IMG/VR virus record: IMGVR_UViG_3300031754_000001 | Span: 32,001-96,000 of that record | From: a virus | DNA length: 64,000 nucleotides | Reading direction: 5' to 3' (one strand) | In this document: positions 1-6,969 of the stretch, piece after piece | Position numbering within the stretch: the first letter of the stretch is position 1 | How the letters are laid out: every line of letters begins with the position of its first letter | Translations under genes and position numbers: made by a program | The notes under the pieces: model-generated | The model's database searches: none | What the model saw: only the letters and a program-made list of their open reading frames with translations | What the model was told of the DNA's origin: nothing

Positions 1-235
1 GGTTCCGCGCCCAGTCCAGCAGAATCGAGCCGTTATCCAGTGCCAGCGGGCGTGCCTTGACGTAATACGTGCCGCTGTCCGGGACGCCCAGGGTCAGGAA
101 CCGGTTGATCCGGGAGGCGCCGGGGATGGTGAAGGTGAAGCTGCCTGCGTTATTAGCCTTCTGCCGGGGATCGGCCTGCTCGCGCTGGGGCGTAGCGGCG
201 CCCCGCGTCCTGATCAGCTCCAGTGCGTCGGCCAT
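1..235 (-). CDS. Ro60/TROVE-domain RNA-binding protein (Rsr-like), 5' part; runs off the window
   Basis: Manual translation MADALELIRTRGAATPQREQADPRQKANNAGSFTFTIPGASRINRFLTLGVPDSGTYYV matches the actinobacterial Ro60 N-terminus (TPQ..ADPRQ..N.AG...RFLTLG...GTYY); RBS GGGAAGGGGA; not in ORF track because truncated. Confidence 0.88.
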   Translation of the reverse strand, partial: MADALELIRTRGAATPQREQADPRQKANNAGSFTFTIPGASRINRFLTLGVPDSGTYYVKARPLALDNGSILLDWARN

Positions 236-260
236 GACCGTCCCCTTCCCTGTCGTGAAA

Positions 261-363
261 AACAGGAGCCCGCGAGCGTATTACGGCAACCGGAGCGCTA
301 TCGCGCCTGATTAGGAGTCAGGAGATAACCGACTGCCATCCGGCCCGCGGGGGGGTTCCTGTT
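261..363 (-). ncRNA. Y RNA-like gene 1 (carries an anticodon-like stem-loop)
   Basis: Terminal stem, 5' GGGCCGGAUG..UCGGUUA and 3' CCGGUU..AUACGCUC motifs shared with three neighbours; adjacent to Ro60. Confidence 0.75.
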
Positions 364-374
364 CTTCAGTTGTG

Positions 375-511
375 CTGGCAAGCGTATTGGTGAAAACCGG
401 TGTTTTACGCGCTCTAGTGCTGAGCTACGGGGCTGTCCGCCCCGGCGAGGAGTTCCACCTCGCGGCCTCGACCTCCGCAGGGTGATAACCAATTCTCGTC
501 CGGCCTGCCAG
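375..511 (-). ncRNA. Y RNA-like gene 2 (YrlA-type, permuted T-arm/acceptor/D-arm module)
   Basis: CUGGCAGGCCGGA...AUACGCUUGCCAG stem; T-like arm GCGAGGUGGAACUCCUCGC, closed stem GGGGC-GGACA-GCCCC, then D-arm UAGCUCAGCACUAGAGC. Confidence 0.82.
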
Positions 512-518
512 TGTCTTG

Positions 519-633
519 CTGACGAGCGTATTGAGAGCACCGGGGAACCCTCCTTACGGAGGGGCTGGGGCTTCTCTGACCCCGGATGGGCTTGCGCCCT
601 GGCGAGATAACCGATTCTCATCCGGCCCGTCAG
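519..633 (-). ncRNA. Y RNA-like gene 3
   Basis: CUGACGGGCCGGA...AUACGCUCGUCAG stem; three internal hairpins incl. GCAA and GUAA tetraloops. Confidence 0.75.
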
Positions 634-643
634 TAAAGCAGAG

Positions 644-757
644 CTGGCGAGCGTATCAGTGACAACCGGGTCCCTGCCATCAGGGAAGGGCCGGGATTCG
701 CGTCCCGAGCCCGGAGGAGTCGAACCTTCGGTAACCGATCATCGTCCGGCCCGCCAG
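644..757 (-). ncRNA. Y RNA-like gene 4 (YrlA-type)
   Basis: CUGGCGGGCCGGA...AUACGCUCGCCAG stem; T-loop GGUUCGACUCC followed by two hairpins. Confidence 0.8.
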
Positions 758-787
758 AAGCTATATCCATAGCGTGAGCATTATTAG

Positions 788-859
788 CTGGCCCGGCGGG
801 AGTCGAACCCGCGTCCCCGGCTTAGGAGGCCGTTACTCTCTCCTCTGAGCTACGGGCCA
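788..859 (-). tRNA. tRNA-Arg(CCT)
   Basis: Cloverleaf, loop CT-CCT-AA, GGTTCGACTCC. Confidence 0.92.
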
Positions 860-860
860 T

Positions 861-936
861 TGGAGGCGGAACCCGGAATCGAACCGGGGTGACGCGTTTT
901 GCAGACGCGGGCCTGTCCTGACTCGGCCATACCGCC
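861..936 (-). tRNA. tRNA-Cys(GCA)
   Basis: Loop CT-GCA-AA, U73, encoded CCA. Confidence 0.92.
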
Positions 937-1006
937 GGGAGGGCACCCCGTTCAGTAACGGATGCTCGCGCAGGGCCGTCGCTAGGACGAGCCTTCACGG
1001 GATGCC

Positions 1007-1081
1007 TGGTGCGCCCGGCAGGATTCGAACCTGCGCTCACGGCTCCGGAGGCCGTAGCTCTTTCCCCTGAGCTACGGGCGC
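1007..1081 (-). tRNA. tRNA-Arg(CCG)
   Basis: Loop CT-CCG-GA, encoded CCA. Confidence 0.93.
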
Positions 1082-1305
1082 GTGCTATCTGACTGCCCGG
1101 TATCCAGCCGGGTCACGACGGAGGAAGGCTGCCGGATTACCGTCACCGGGCCGATTTCCCAGTCCTGCCTGCAGGCGTCGTCCAGGATCACGCCTGCCGC
1201 CTGGGTGATCGAGATGCCTGCCTGCTTAGCCTGGGTGATCAGGTAATCGTGCGTTTCGGTGCGGACTCGCAGCTGTGTCGTGAACCATCCGGGCGTGTCT
1301 GCCAT
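1072..1305 (-). CDS. Small ribbon-helix-helix-like DNA-binding protein
   Basis: TTQLRVRTETHDYLITQAKQAGISITQAA resembles Arc/CopG; TAGCAT -10 six nt before ATG (possibly leaderless). Confidence 0.55.
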   Translation of the reverse strand: MADTPGWFTTQLRVRTETHDYLITQAKQAGISITQAAGVILDDACRQDWEIGPVTVIRQPSSVVTRLDTGQSDSTRP

Positions 1306-1378
1306 ATGGACATGCTACGCCATCCTATTTACCAGGCCAGAAGATTCGCGGAAGAGTTCCGGTAGATCGCTGAACTAG

Positions 1379-1462
1379 TGGCGGAACCAGGTGCCGACCC
1401 TGGCATGCCCTGAAGGACGACGGTTTTACGGACCGCTGAGCGCGCCGGCGCTCACTCCCGCC
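1379..1462 (-). tRNA. tRNA-Tyr(GTA), atypical
   Basis: Loop CC-GTA-AA, long variable arm, deviant D and T loops. Confidence 0.78.
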
Positions 1463-1535
1463 TGGGGTGGCTGACGGGGACGAGCCGCATAATCCAGGCC
1501 CACAACCTGGTGCTCTACTGTGAGCTACAACCACC
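1463..1535 (-). tRNA. tRNA-His(GTG), degenerate T arm
   Basis: G-1, loop TT-GTG-GG, C73 plus CCA; weak T stem. Confidence 0.72.
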
Positions 1536-1536
1536 G

Positions 1537-1607
1537 TGCCCGGCGACGGAATCGGACCGCCGTAACGCGGGTGTGGACCGCGTGCTCTCCCATTGAGCTA
1601 GCTGGGC
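1537..1607 (-). tRNA. tRNA-Val(CAC)
   Basis: Loop TC-CAC-AC, T loop GGTCCGATTCC. Confidence 0.75.
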
Positions 1608-1689
1608 ATTATGCTGACTGCGCGAGGCTCCGGGTACCGATCCAGCACAGGGTGGGTGCGCGCGAACCGGAGCCTCGCGTTAGTCATCG

Positions 1690-1761
1690 TGCGCCCAGGA
1701 GGAGTCGAACCCCCATTGCCGGATCCGTAGTCCGGAGCCCTGTCCTTTAGACGATGGGCGC
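1690..1761 (-). tRNA. tRNA-Arg(ACG)
   Basis: Loop CT-ACG-GA. Confidence 0.92.
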
Positions 1762-1772
1762 TTGGCACTGCG

Positions 1773-1845
1773 TGGTCACACCTGGGATCGAACCAGGGTC
1801 CTCTGCCTTGTCGGGGCAGCGCTCATGCCGCTGAGCTACGTGACC
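1773..1845 (-). tRNA. tRNA-Val(GAC)
   Basis: Loop CC-GAC-AA. Confidence 0.88.
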
Positions 1846-1949
1846 AGGTGTCCCATCCGCCGGGGAGCGGTTTCGCCTGGCGGTTCCCCCGCTGCCGCGC
1901 GCAGCGATACGGGGGCCTGCCCGGACAAGCACCAGGGACCGGGTGCTCG

Positions 1950-2024
1950 CGGCCGAGACGGGGTTTGAACCCGCGGTCTTCACCTTGACAGGGTGACGGG
2001 GACTCCTGGCTCCCCTACACGGCC
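1950..2024 (-). tRNA. tRNA-Asp(GTC)
   Basis: Loop CT-GTC-AA, G73. Confidence 0.92.
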
Positions 2025-2037
2025 ATGCGGTATTGCG

Positions 2038-2111
2038 CTCCGGTGACTGGACTCGAACCAGTGACCCTCCGCTTAACAGGCGGTTGCTACTGCCGACTGA
2101 GCTACACCGGA
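2038..2111 (-). tRNA. tRNA-Asn(GTT)
   Basis: U1-A72, loop CT-GTT-AA, G73. Confidence 0.92.
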
Positions 2112-2124
2112 TCATGTGACTTCG

Positions 2125-2196
2125 TGGCGGAGACCGGATTTGAACCGGTGTGTCCTGGGTTATGAGCCCTGGCTGGGTGACCGAGCCCCCTCCGCG
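2125..2196 (-). tRNA. tRNA-fMet(CAT), initiator-like
   Basis: C1 mismatch, GGG/CCC anticodon stem, loop CT-CAT-AA. Confidence 0.82.
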
Positions 2197-2223
2197 TCGT
2201 ATGGCACCAGCATAACCGGTGCC

Positions 2224-2304
2224 TGGTGACGCTGACGGGAATCGAACCCGCGTCTGTCTCTGCTTGAAAGGCAGGCCGCCCCTGGCCATCAGAGCAACAG
2301 CGCC
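2224..2304 (-). tRNA. tRNA-Glu(TTC)
   Basis: Loop CT-TTC-AA, encoded CCA. Confidence 0.85.
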
Positions 2305-2366
2305 ATGACCAGGGGGGCCGCTGGTCTCGGCTCCCCGGCGAGCTGGCCGGGGACTAGCCCGTGATG

Positions 2367-2441
2367 TGGTCCTGGAGGGACTCGAACCCTCGGTCTCCGC
2401 CTTGAGAGGGCGGCGAACACTCCAGCCTGCTCCGCAGGACC
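2367..2441 (-). tRNA. tRNA-Glu(CTC)
   Basis: Loop CT-CTC-AA. Confidence 0.92.
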
Positions 2442-2508
2442 ATGTGAACTTGTGAAAGCGCGGAGACTATCAGCCGGGCCTGCGCGTGACCTGCGGAAAC
2501 GTAATCTG

Positions 2509-2582
2509 CGCGCCGACGAGGACTCGAACCTCGGGCCGTTCCCTTAGAGGGGGACCGCTCTGTCCGGCTGAGCTACCGGCGC
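2509..2582 (-). tRNA. tRNA-Arg(TCT)
   Basis: Loop CC-TCT-AA, A20 and G73 Arg identity elements. Confidence 0.82.
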
Positions 2583-2607
2583 CTGGTAACGATATCACTA
2601 CACTCCG

Positions 2608-2679
2608 TGGGCCGACAGGGGTTCGAACCCTGGACGCGCGGGTTAAAGGCCCGCCGCTCTGCCGCTGAGCTACCGGTCC
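2608..2679 (-). tRNA. tRNA-Lys(TTT)
   Basis: Loop CC-TTT-AA. Confidence 0.88.
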
Positions 2680-2725
2680 CTGCTTATGAGCAGGAACTGT
2701 TTCGTGATCATGATCAGATGCCTCC

Positions 2726-2802
2726 TGGTGCGCAGGGTGGGACTTGAACCCACGATCTTCGGATTATGAGTCCGGCGCCTTGACCAGCTTGGCCACCTGC
2801 GC
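2726..2802 (-). tRNA. tRNA-Ile2/Met(CAT)
   Basis: GGA-CT-CAT-AA-TCC arm resembling actinobacterial Ile2; encoded CCA. Confidence 0.85.
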
Positions 2803-2812
2803 CTGGAAATCG

Positions 2813-2885
2813 TAGCGAGAGCGGGAACCGAGCCCGCGGCCTCTGCCTTATGGGGGCAGCGCTCTGCCAGCTGAGCTATCTCGCT
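2813..2885 (-). tRNA. tRNA-Met(CAT), elongator-like
   Basis: Loop CC-CAT-AA, T loop GGCTCGGTTCC. Confidence 0.78.
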
Positions 2886-2886
2886 A

Positions 2887-2963
2887 TGGTGGGGTTGGTT
2901 GGACTTGAACCAACGGTCTCTTCCTTATCAGAGAAGCGCTCTAACCAGCTGAGCCACAACCCC
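2887..2963 (-). tRNA. tRNA-Ile(GAT)
   Basis: Loop CT-GAT-AA, encoded CCA. Confidence 0.93.
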
Positions 2964-2985
2964 CCTGGGTACTGCGCGCACTGCG

Positions 2986-3076
2986 CGGAGGAGGTGGGAT
3001 TTGAACCCACACGGGGACTCCCGCCCCCTGACTGTTTTCGGGACAGCTGCCGTTAGGCCAATCGGCTTACCCCTCC
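2986..3076 (-). tRNA. tRNA-Ser(CGA)
   Basis: Loop CC-CGA-AA, long variable arm, G73. Confidence 0.88.
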
Positions 3077-3118
3077 TGGTGAATCAGGCGTGCTGCCATG
3101 CCGCTAGGCGAATCTTTC
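3077..3118 (-). pseudogene. 5' half of a tRNA-Ser(TGA)-like gene
   Basis: GAAAGATTCGCCTAGCGGCATGGCAGCACG-CC-TGA mirrors the 5' halves of neighbouring Ser tRNAs; no 3' half. Confidence 0.5.
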
Positions 3119-3420
3119 GGGCGAGGCCCCCGCGCCGGGGCGTGATCCGCACACCGTGTTCCCGGCTGGGCAGTGTCCCGCGATCCCGGGCGCCTGGTTG
3201 CCCGGACGGGAGTAACCCCTGTTGTGGTGCCCTCGGGGTCGTCACGCCCCTGCAGGCTCCCCGGCATTACGGGGCCTCTTACTGAGCTAACCGTGCGCAC
3301 GGCTTGCCGCCAGCGCCAGATCTGCCTGCCTGACCGGAACCCCGGAAGACCCCGGCTGGGCCAGTAACTCCAGGCAACCACCGTAATCCAGTTACGCGCC
3401 GGGGTCAACCATGCACGAAG

Positions 3421-3505
3421 CGGAGGGCGCGAGATTCGAACTCGCGAGGGACAGAGCCCAACCGCCTTTCCAGGACGGCGCCATAGGCCTCTAGGCGAGC
3501 CCTCC
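3421..3505 (-). tRNA. tRNA-Ser(GGA)
   Basis: Loop CT-GGA-AA, long variable arm. Confidence 0.92.
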
Positions 3506-3517
3506 AGGTACGTCGAG

Positions 3518-3607
3518 CGGAGGATCGGGGATTTGAACCCCGGAGGGCACATACGTCCCAACTGCATTAGCAGTGCAGCGCCATGGGCCAGGCTAGGCGA
3601 ATCCTCC
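3518..3607 (-). tRNA. tRNA-Ser(GCT)
   Basis: Loop CT-GCT-AA, long variable arm. Confidence 0.92.
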
Positions 3608-3677
3608 AGGTGTACTGCAATCTTGCACCAGATTTTGTATCGTAGATCCAGGAAAAAAGCCTGTGAAAGGAAGGCAG

Positions 3678-4547
3678 ATGACTGGTAACCAGTACGCGGT
3701 GCACAGCCGGCAGATCGCCGCCAGGCTCCGGCAGTTCCGGATCGAGTCCGGGCTCAGCGGTGAGGCGGTCGCGAACCGGTTCGGGTGGTCGCCGTCCAAG
3801 GTTTCCCGGATCGAGCTGTTCCGGACCGGGGTCAGCCTGCGCGACCTGCGCGATCTCCTGGACCTCTATGAGGTCGGCGGACCCGAGCGGGAAGCCCTGG
3901 ACTCACTCGCCGGGAAAATCCGCGGCCGGGGACCCGATGACTATTCCGAGGCGGTCATGACCCAGGAATGGTCCGTGACGGCGCTGCCCGCTCCCGTGCG
4001 CACGGTCGCCTATGCCCGCGGGGTCTTCCGGGCCGCCCAGCCGATTACCCGGGTAGTGGTGCGCGACATCGAGCACGAGATACAGGCCACCATCTTCCGG
4101 CAGATCCGGCTGGCCAGGAGCGAGAACGCGGATCCGATGCTGCTCCGGGTCTGCCTTGACGAGGCGGTGCTGAGCCGCCGGTACGGGGACGAGGCCGTGA
4201 TGACCGCCCAGCTCACCCGGCTGACCGAACTCGCCGCCCAGCCGAACATCACGCTGCGGGTGCTGCCGCTCAGCACGCCCGTGATCCGGCCGCCTAGTTT
4301 CTCCCTGTTCCACTTCACGGGCAGTGAGACGGAGGAACTGGTCATGCCCGCCTTGTCGGTGGAGCACGTAGAGGGAACCTGGGTGCCGGGCTCGGACGAG
4401 GATACGTACCTCTACCAGGTGACCTTCGGTCATCTCTGGTCGCTGGCGCTGCCGGAAGACGAGACCCTGGCCGTCATCCGGCGGCTGTGCGAAGTGTCCG
4501 AGGAGGGACTTGAACCCTCACGTCCCTTCCGGGACACACGGGCCTGA
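3678..4547 (+). CDS. XRE HTH + DUF5753 (WhiJ/Scr1-like) transcriptional regulator
   Basis: LRQFRIESGLSGEAVA..WSPSKVSRIE HTH; LDEAVL...VMTAQL..L.ELAAQPNITLRVLP motif; RBS AAAGGAAGG. Confidence 0.9.
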   Translation: MTGNQYAVHSRQIAARLRQFRIESGLSGEAVANRFGWSPSKVSRIELFRTGVSLRDLRDLLDLYEVGGPEREALDSLAGKIRGRGPDDYSEAVMTQEWSVTALPAPVRTVAYARGVFRAAQPITRVVVRDIEHEIQATIFRQIRLARSENADPMLLRVCLDEAVLSRRYGDEAVMTAQLTRLTELAAQPNITLRVLPLSTPVIRPPSFSLFHFTGSETEELVMPALSVEHVEGTWVPGSDEDTYLYQVTFGHLWSLALPEDETLAVIRRLCEVSEEGLEPSRPFRDTRA

Positions 4548-4580
4548 ACCGTGCGCGTCTTCCAGTTTCACCACCCGGAC
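4495..4580 (-). tRNA. tRNA-Leu(CAG)
   Basis: Loop TT-CAG-GC, long variable arm. Confidence 0.92.
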
Positions 4581-4833
4581 ATGGGGATCACGACGTCGAT
4601 TTCCTGTTGCGGAATCGCATGAGGTTCAGTCAGTACGGCCGGCGCCAGTTATCCCGGTCGTGATCCTGCTTGGGTGAACCAGGCCCTTACACAGCAGGCA
4701 CCCCGGGCTCGCGCGGCTCGCCTGCTCCGTTTCCTGGCTGCTAAGTCGCGTTTCGCCAGGTAACACCCTTCTCCGGCCTGCTCGCGCAGTGATCTGCCAG
4801 AGGATCTACCCCACCTGGGGGCCTGGTTCTCCG

Positions 4834-4906
4834 AGCGGATGACGGGATTCGGACCCGCGACCCCCACCTTGGCAAGGTGATGCGCTACCAGCTGCGCTAC
4901 ATCCGC
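4834..4906 (-). tRNA. tRNA-Gly(GCC)
   Basis: Loop TT-GCC-AA, U73. Confidence 0.9.
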
Positions 4907-5116
4907 ATTGGATGCCGCTCGCCCCGGCATTACCCGGGTTCTCGGGTTTCCCGTCAGGAACCGGACGGCTAGCCGCGGTAAGCCAGCTAACCCGTTTTGC
5001 GCCCCTGTCCGGCTGCGCTGATCTCACAGCCTGGAGAGGACCAGCACGACGGGATCAGTTCCGCCGTACGAGGTCCGGAGGCCGGAACGCACCGCCTCCG
5101 CCTTACCGTTTAAACG

Positions 5117-5189
5117 AGCCCCGACCCCGGTTCGAACGGGGGACCTGCGCCCTACCATGGCGCTACTCTGCCGGCTGAGTTACCGGGGC
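5117..5189 (-). tRNA. tRNA-Thr(GGT)
   Basis: Loop AT-GGT-AG. Confidence 0.88.
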
Positions 5190-5257
5190 ATGCTGGGCGG
5201 TAAAGACGCCCATGGACAGCCGCTGACATTCTGGGACTGTCCTGATCTGTCCACAAG

Positions 5258-5329
5258 CTGGGGTACCAGGATTCGGACCTGGACTGAGAGGGCCAAAATC
5301 TCTCCGGCTGCCAGTTACCGCATACCCCA
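5258..5329 (-). tRNA. tRNA-Gln(TTG)
   Basis: U1-A72, loop TT-TTG-GC, 31-39 mismatch. Confidence 0.82.
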
Positions 5330-5400
5330 TGGAGCCGTTCCCCGGTGCTACCCCGGGCCGCCCGCCTTACAGGGGCGAGGTCGCGGCTGCGCGCAACGGC
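5330..5400 (-). tRNA. tRNA-Thr(TGT), shrunken D arm
   Basis: Loop CC-TGT-AA, T loop GGGTAGCACC, encoded CCA. Confidence 0.7.
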
Positions 5401-5401
5401 C

Positions 5402-5490
5402 TGGTGTCCGAGGCGGGACTTGAACCCGCACGCCCCTTCCGGAGCACTAGCACCTCAAGCTAGCGCGTCTACCTGTTTCACCACCCGGAC
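5402..5490 (-). tRNA. tRNA-Leu(GAG)
   Basis: Loop TT-GAG-GT, long variable arm, CCA. Confidence 0.93.
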
Positions 5491-5494
5491 TCAG

Positions 5495-5562
5495 AGCCGC
5501 CCCCCGGTGCTGATCCGGGTCTCCCGCCTTACGAAAGCGAGGCCGCAACCGTGCGCGGCGGC
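5495..5562 (-). tRNA. tRNA-Thr(CGT), shrunken D arm
   Basis: Loop TT-CGT-AA, T loop GGATCAGCACC. Confidence 0.7.
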
Positions 5563-5566
5563 ATTG

Positions 5567-5639
5567 CTGGGATACCTGGATTCGAACCAAGACTACGAGG
5601 GCCAGAACCTCGCGGGCTGCCTGATTACCCCATACCCCA
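5567..5639 (-). tRNA. tRNA-Gln(CTG)
   Basis: Loop TT-CTG-GC. Confidence 0.92.
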
Positions 5640-5652
5640 TTGGTACTGCCAG

Positions 5653-5726
5653 TGCCCGGGGCGGGAGTCGAACCCGCACTGTTTCGCTTTTGAGGCGATC
5701 GCTCTGCCTGTTGGACGTACCCGGGC
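5653..5726 (-). tRNA. tRNA-Leu(CAA), short variable loop
   Basis: Loop CT-CAA-AA. Confidence 0.87.
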
Positions 5727-5921
5727 AATAATCAGGCAATAGCATGGTGCAGATCAGGCACCTACCACAACGGGACTCGGCTGCACACCGCTTACCCGTT
5801 CCTTTGCGTCCTTCGCCGCCGTATCCGTGCCAGGCGAGCTGGCGTGCAGCAACCCGGTTCCCGGCATACGGCAGGACCGAGCGCCACCCGCAGATCCTGA
5901 CAACCTCGGTGCCTGATCTCG

Positions 5922-5993
5922 TGCGCCGCCAGGGACTTGAACCCCGAACTTGCTGGTTAAGGGCCAGCTACTCTGCCATTGAGTTAGCGGCGC
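5922..5993 (-). tRNA. tRNA-Lys(CTT)
   Basis: Loop CC-CTT-AA. Confidence 0.88.
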
Positions 5994-5997
5994 GCAG

Positions 5998-6069
5998 AGC
6001 CCTGGACCGGAATCGAACCGGCATTCGCTGCTTGGAAGGCAGCAACACTAGCCATTGTGTTACCAAGGC
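5998..6069 (-). tRNA. tRNA-Gly(TCC)
   Basis: Loop CT-TCC-AA, U73. Confidence 0.9.
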
Positions 6070-6268
6070 AGGTCCCGGGGCCGTGCCGTGCCAGAGCCTG
6101 TATTTTGCCGGCTTGCGGCCAGCTCATCAGGGTGACGGCACCGTTGAGAGGTGCCCCGGGCGGCATGAGGCCCGGCCTTGCGCAAGGCCTGGCTTTACCG
6201 GGAGGGACGTCACTCCCCTGGTGTCACCGGGCTGCCGTGTTCCAGGATTTCCCGGCGTCATGCCGTTG

Positions 6269-6342
6269 TGGTCAGGGCCTGGATCGAACAGGCGCCCTCT
6301 TGCTTTTCAGGCAAGCGCTCATACCGGCTGAGCTACCTGACC
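6269..6342 (-). tRNA. tRNA-Phe(GAA)
   Basis: Loop CT-GAA-AA. Confidence 0.9.
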
Positions 6343-6347
6343 ATCAG

Positions 6348-6420
6348 TCGGGAACCCGGGTGCCGATCCCGGTGTCTCCTGCTCCCAAAGCAGGTGGGTT
6401 AGCCGTCTCCCTCGTTCCCG
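6348..6420 (-). tRNA. tRNA-Pro(TGG)
   Basis: C1-G72, loop TT-TGG-GA, deviant T loop GGATCGGCACC. Confidence 0.82.
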
Positions 6421-6430
6421 TTGTTGCTCG

Positions 6431-6504
6431 TCGGAGCGGCGGTATTCGAAACCGCGGCCTCCTGTCCCCCAGACAGGCGCGCTGCCAAGCTGCGCCACGC
6501 TCCG
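6431..6504 (-). tRNA. tRNA-Pro(GGG)
   Basis: Loop CT-GGG-GG. Confidence 0.9.
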
Positions 6505-6522
6505 TTTGATCTGCCAGAATAG

Positions 6523-6596
6523 TCGGGGCAACAGGATTCGAACCTGTGGCCTCGTCGTCCCGAACGACGCGCGCTGCCAAGCTGCGCCATGCCCCG
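6523..6596 (-). tRNA. tRNA-Pro(CGG)
   Basis: Loop TT-CGG-GA. Confidence 0.93.
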
Positions 6597-6620
6597 GTGG
6601 TTTCCCGTGAATCTTTACTG

Positions 6621-6953
6621 TCATGCTTCTAGCAGTTCAGTCAGCCCGTGCTCCAGCCGCCAGTGATGCTGCTGGTGATGCGGCTCGCATAGCCATATGA
6701 CCAGGCGAGGATTACCGTAATCCGGATGATGAGCCTGAGCTGGCTTGATGCCGCAGACCGCGCACGGGCCAGGAACTACCTGACCCCGCTTGACCAGCAC
6801 GTGCGTGTACGCGCGGGTAATTCCCTTACGCCGCTGGTCTTCGCTCGGCTGATGTGTCTTCCGCCACTCGCGCATGTAAGCCGCGTGGCAATCGGCACAG
6901 TACCTCTGACCTGTCCTCGAATGAGGAACTCCGCACCGGGAGCACGGTTTCAC
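6621..6953 (-). CDS. HNH-like zinc-binding endonuclease inside the tRNA array
   Basis: CxxC pairs and CAVCG..AQAHHPDY.NP..VIWLCEPHH motif. Confidence 0.78.
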   Translation of the reverse strand: MKPCSRCGVPHSRTGQRYCADCHAAYMREWRKTHQPSEDQRRKGITRAYTHVLVKRGQVVPGPCAVCGIKPAQAHHPDYGNPRLVIWLCEPHHQQHHWRLEHGLTELLEA

Positions 6954-6969
6954 GCTAACAGCCTATGCG

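Noticed and set aside
261-757. CRISPR-like repeat array
   Set aside because: Units are folded RNAs with paired ends, not identical repeats with unique spacers; no cas1 or cas2; the Cas4-like gene is a common solo phage exonuclease
1850-1948. HDV-like (theta) ribozyme after tRNA-Asp, ending GGCGGAUGGGAC
   Set aside because: Could not place P1, P3 and P1.1; folds better as a four-way junction
2509-2582. Possible amber suppressor (CTA) reading of this tRNA
   Set aside because: The CTA register breaks the anticodon stem; the TCT register pairs and Arg identity elements are present
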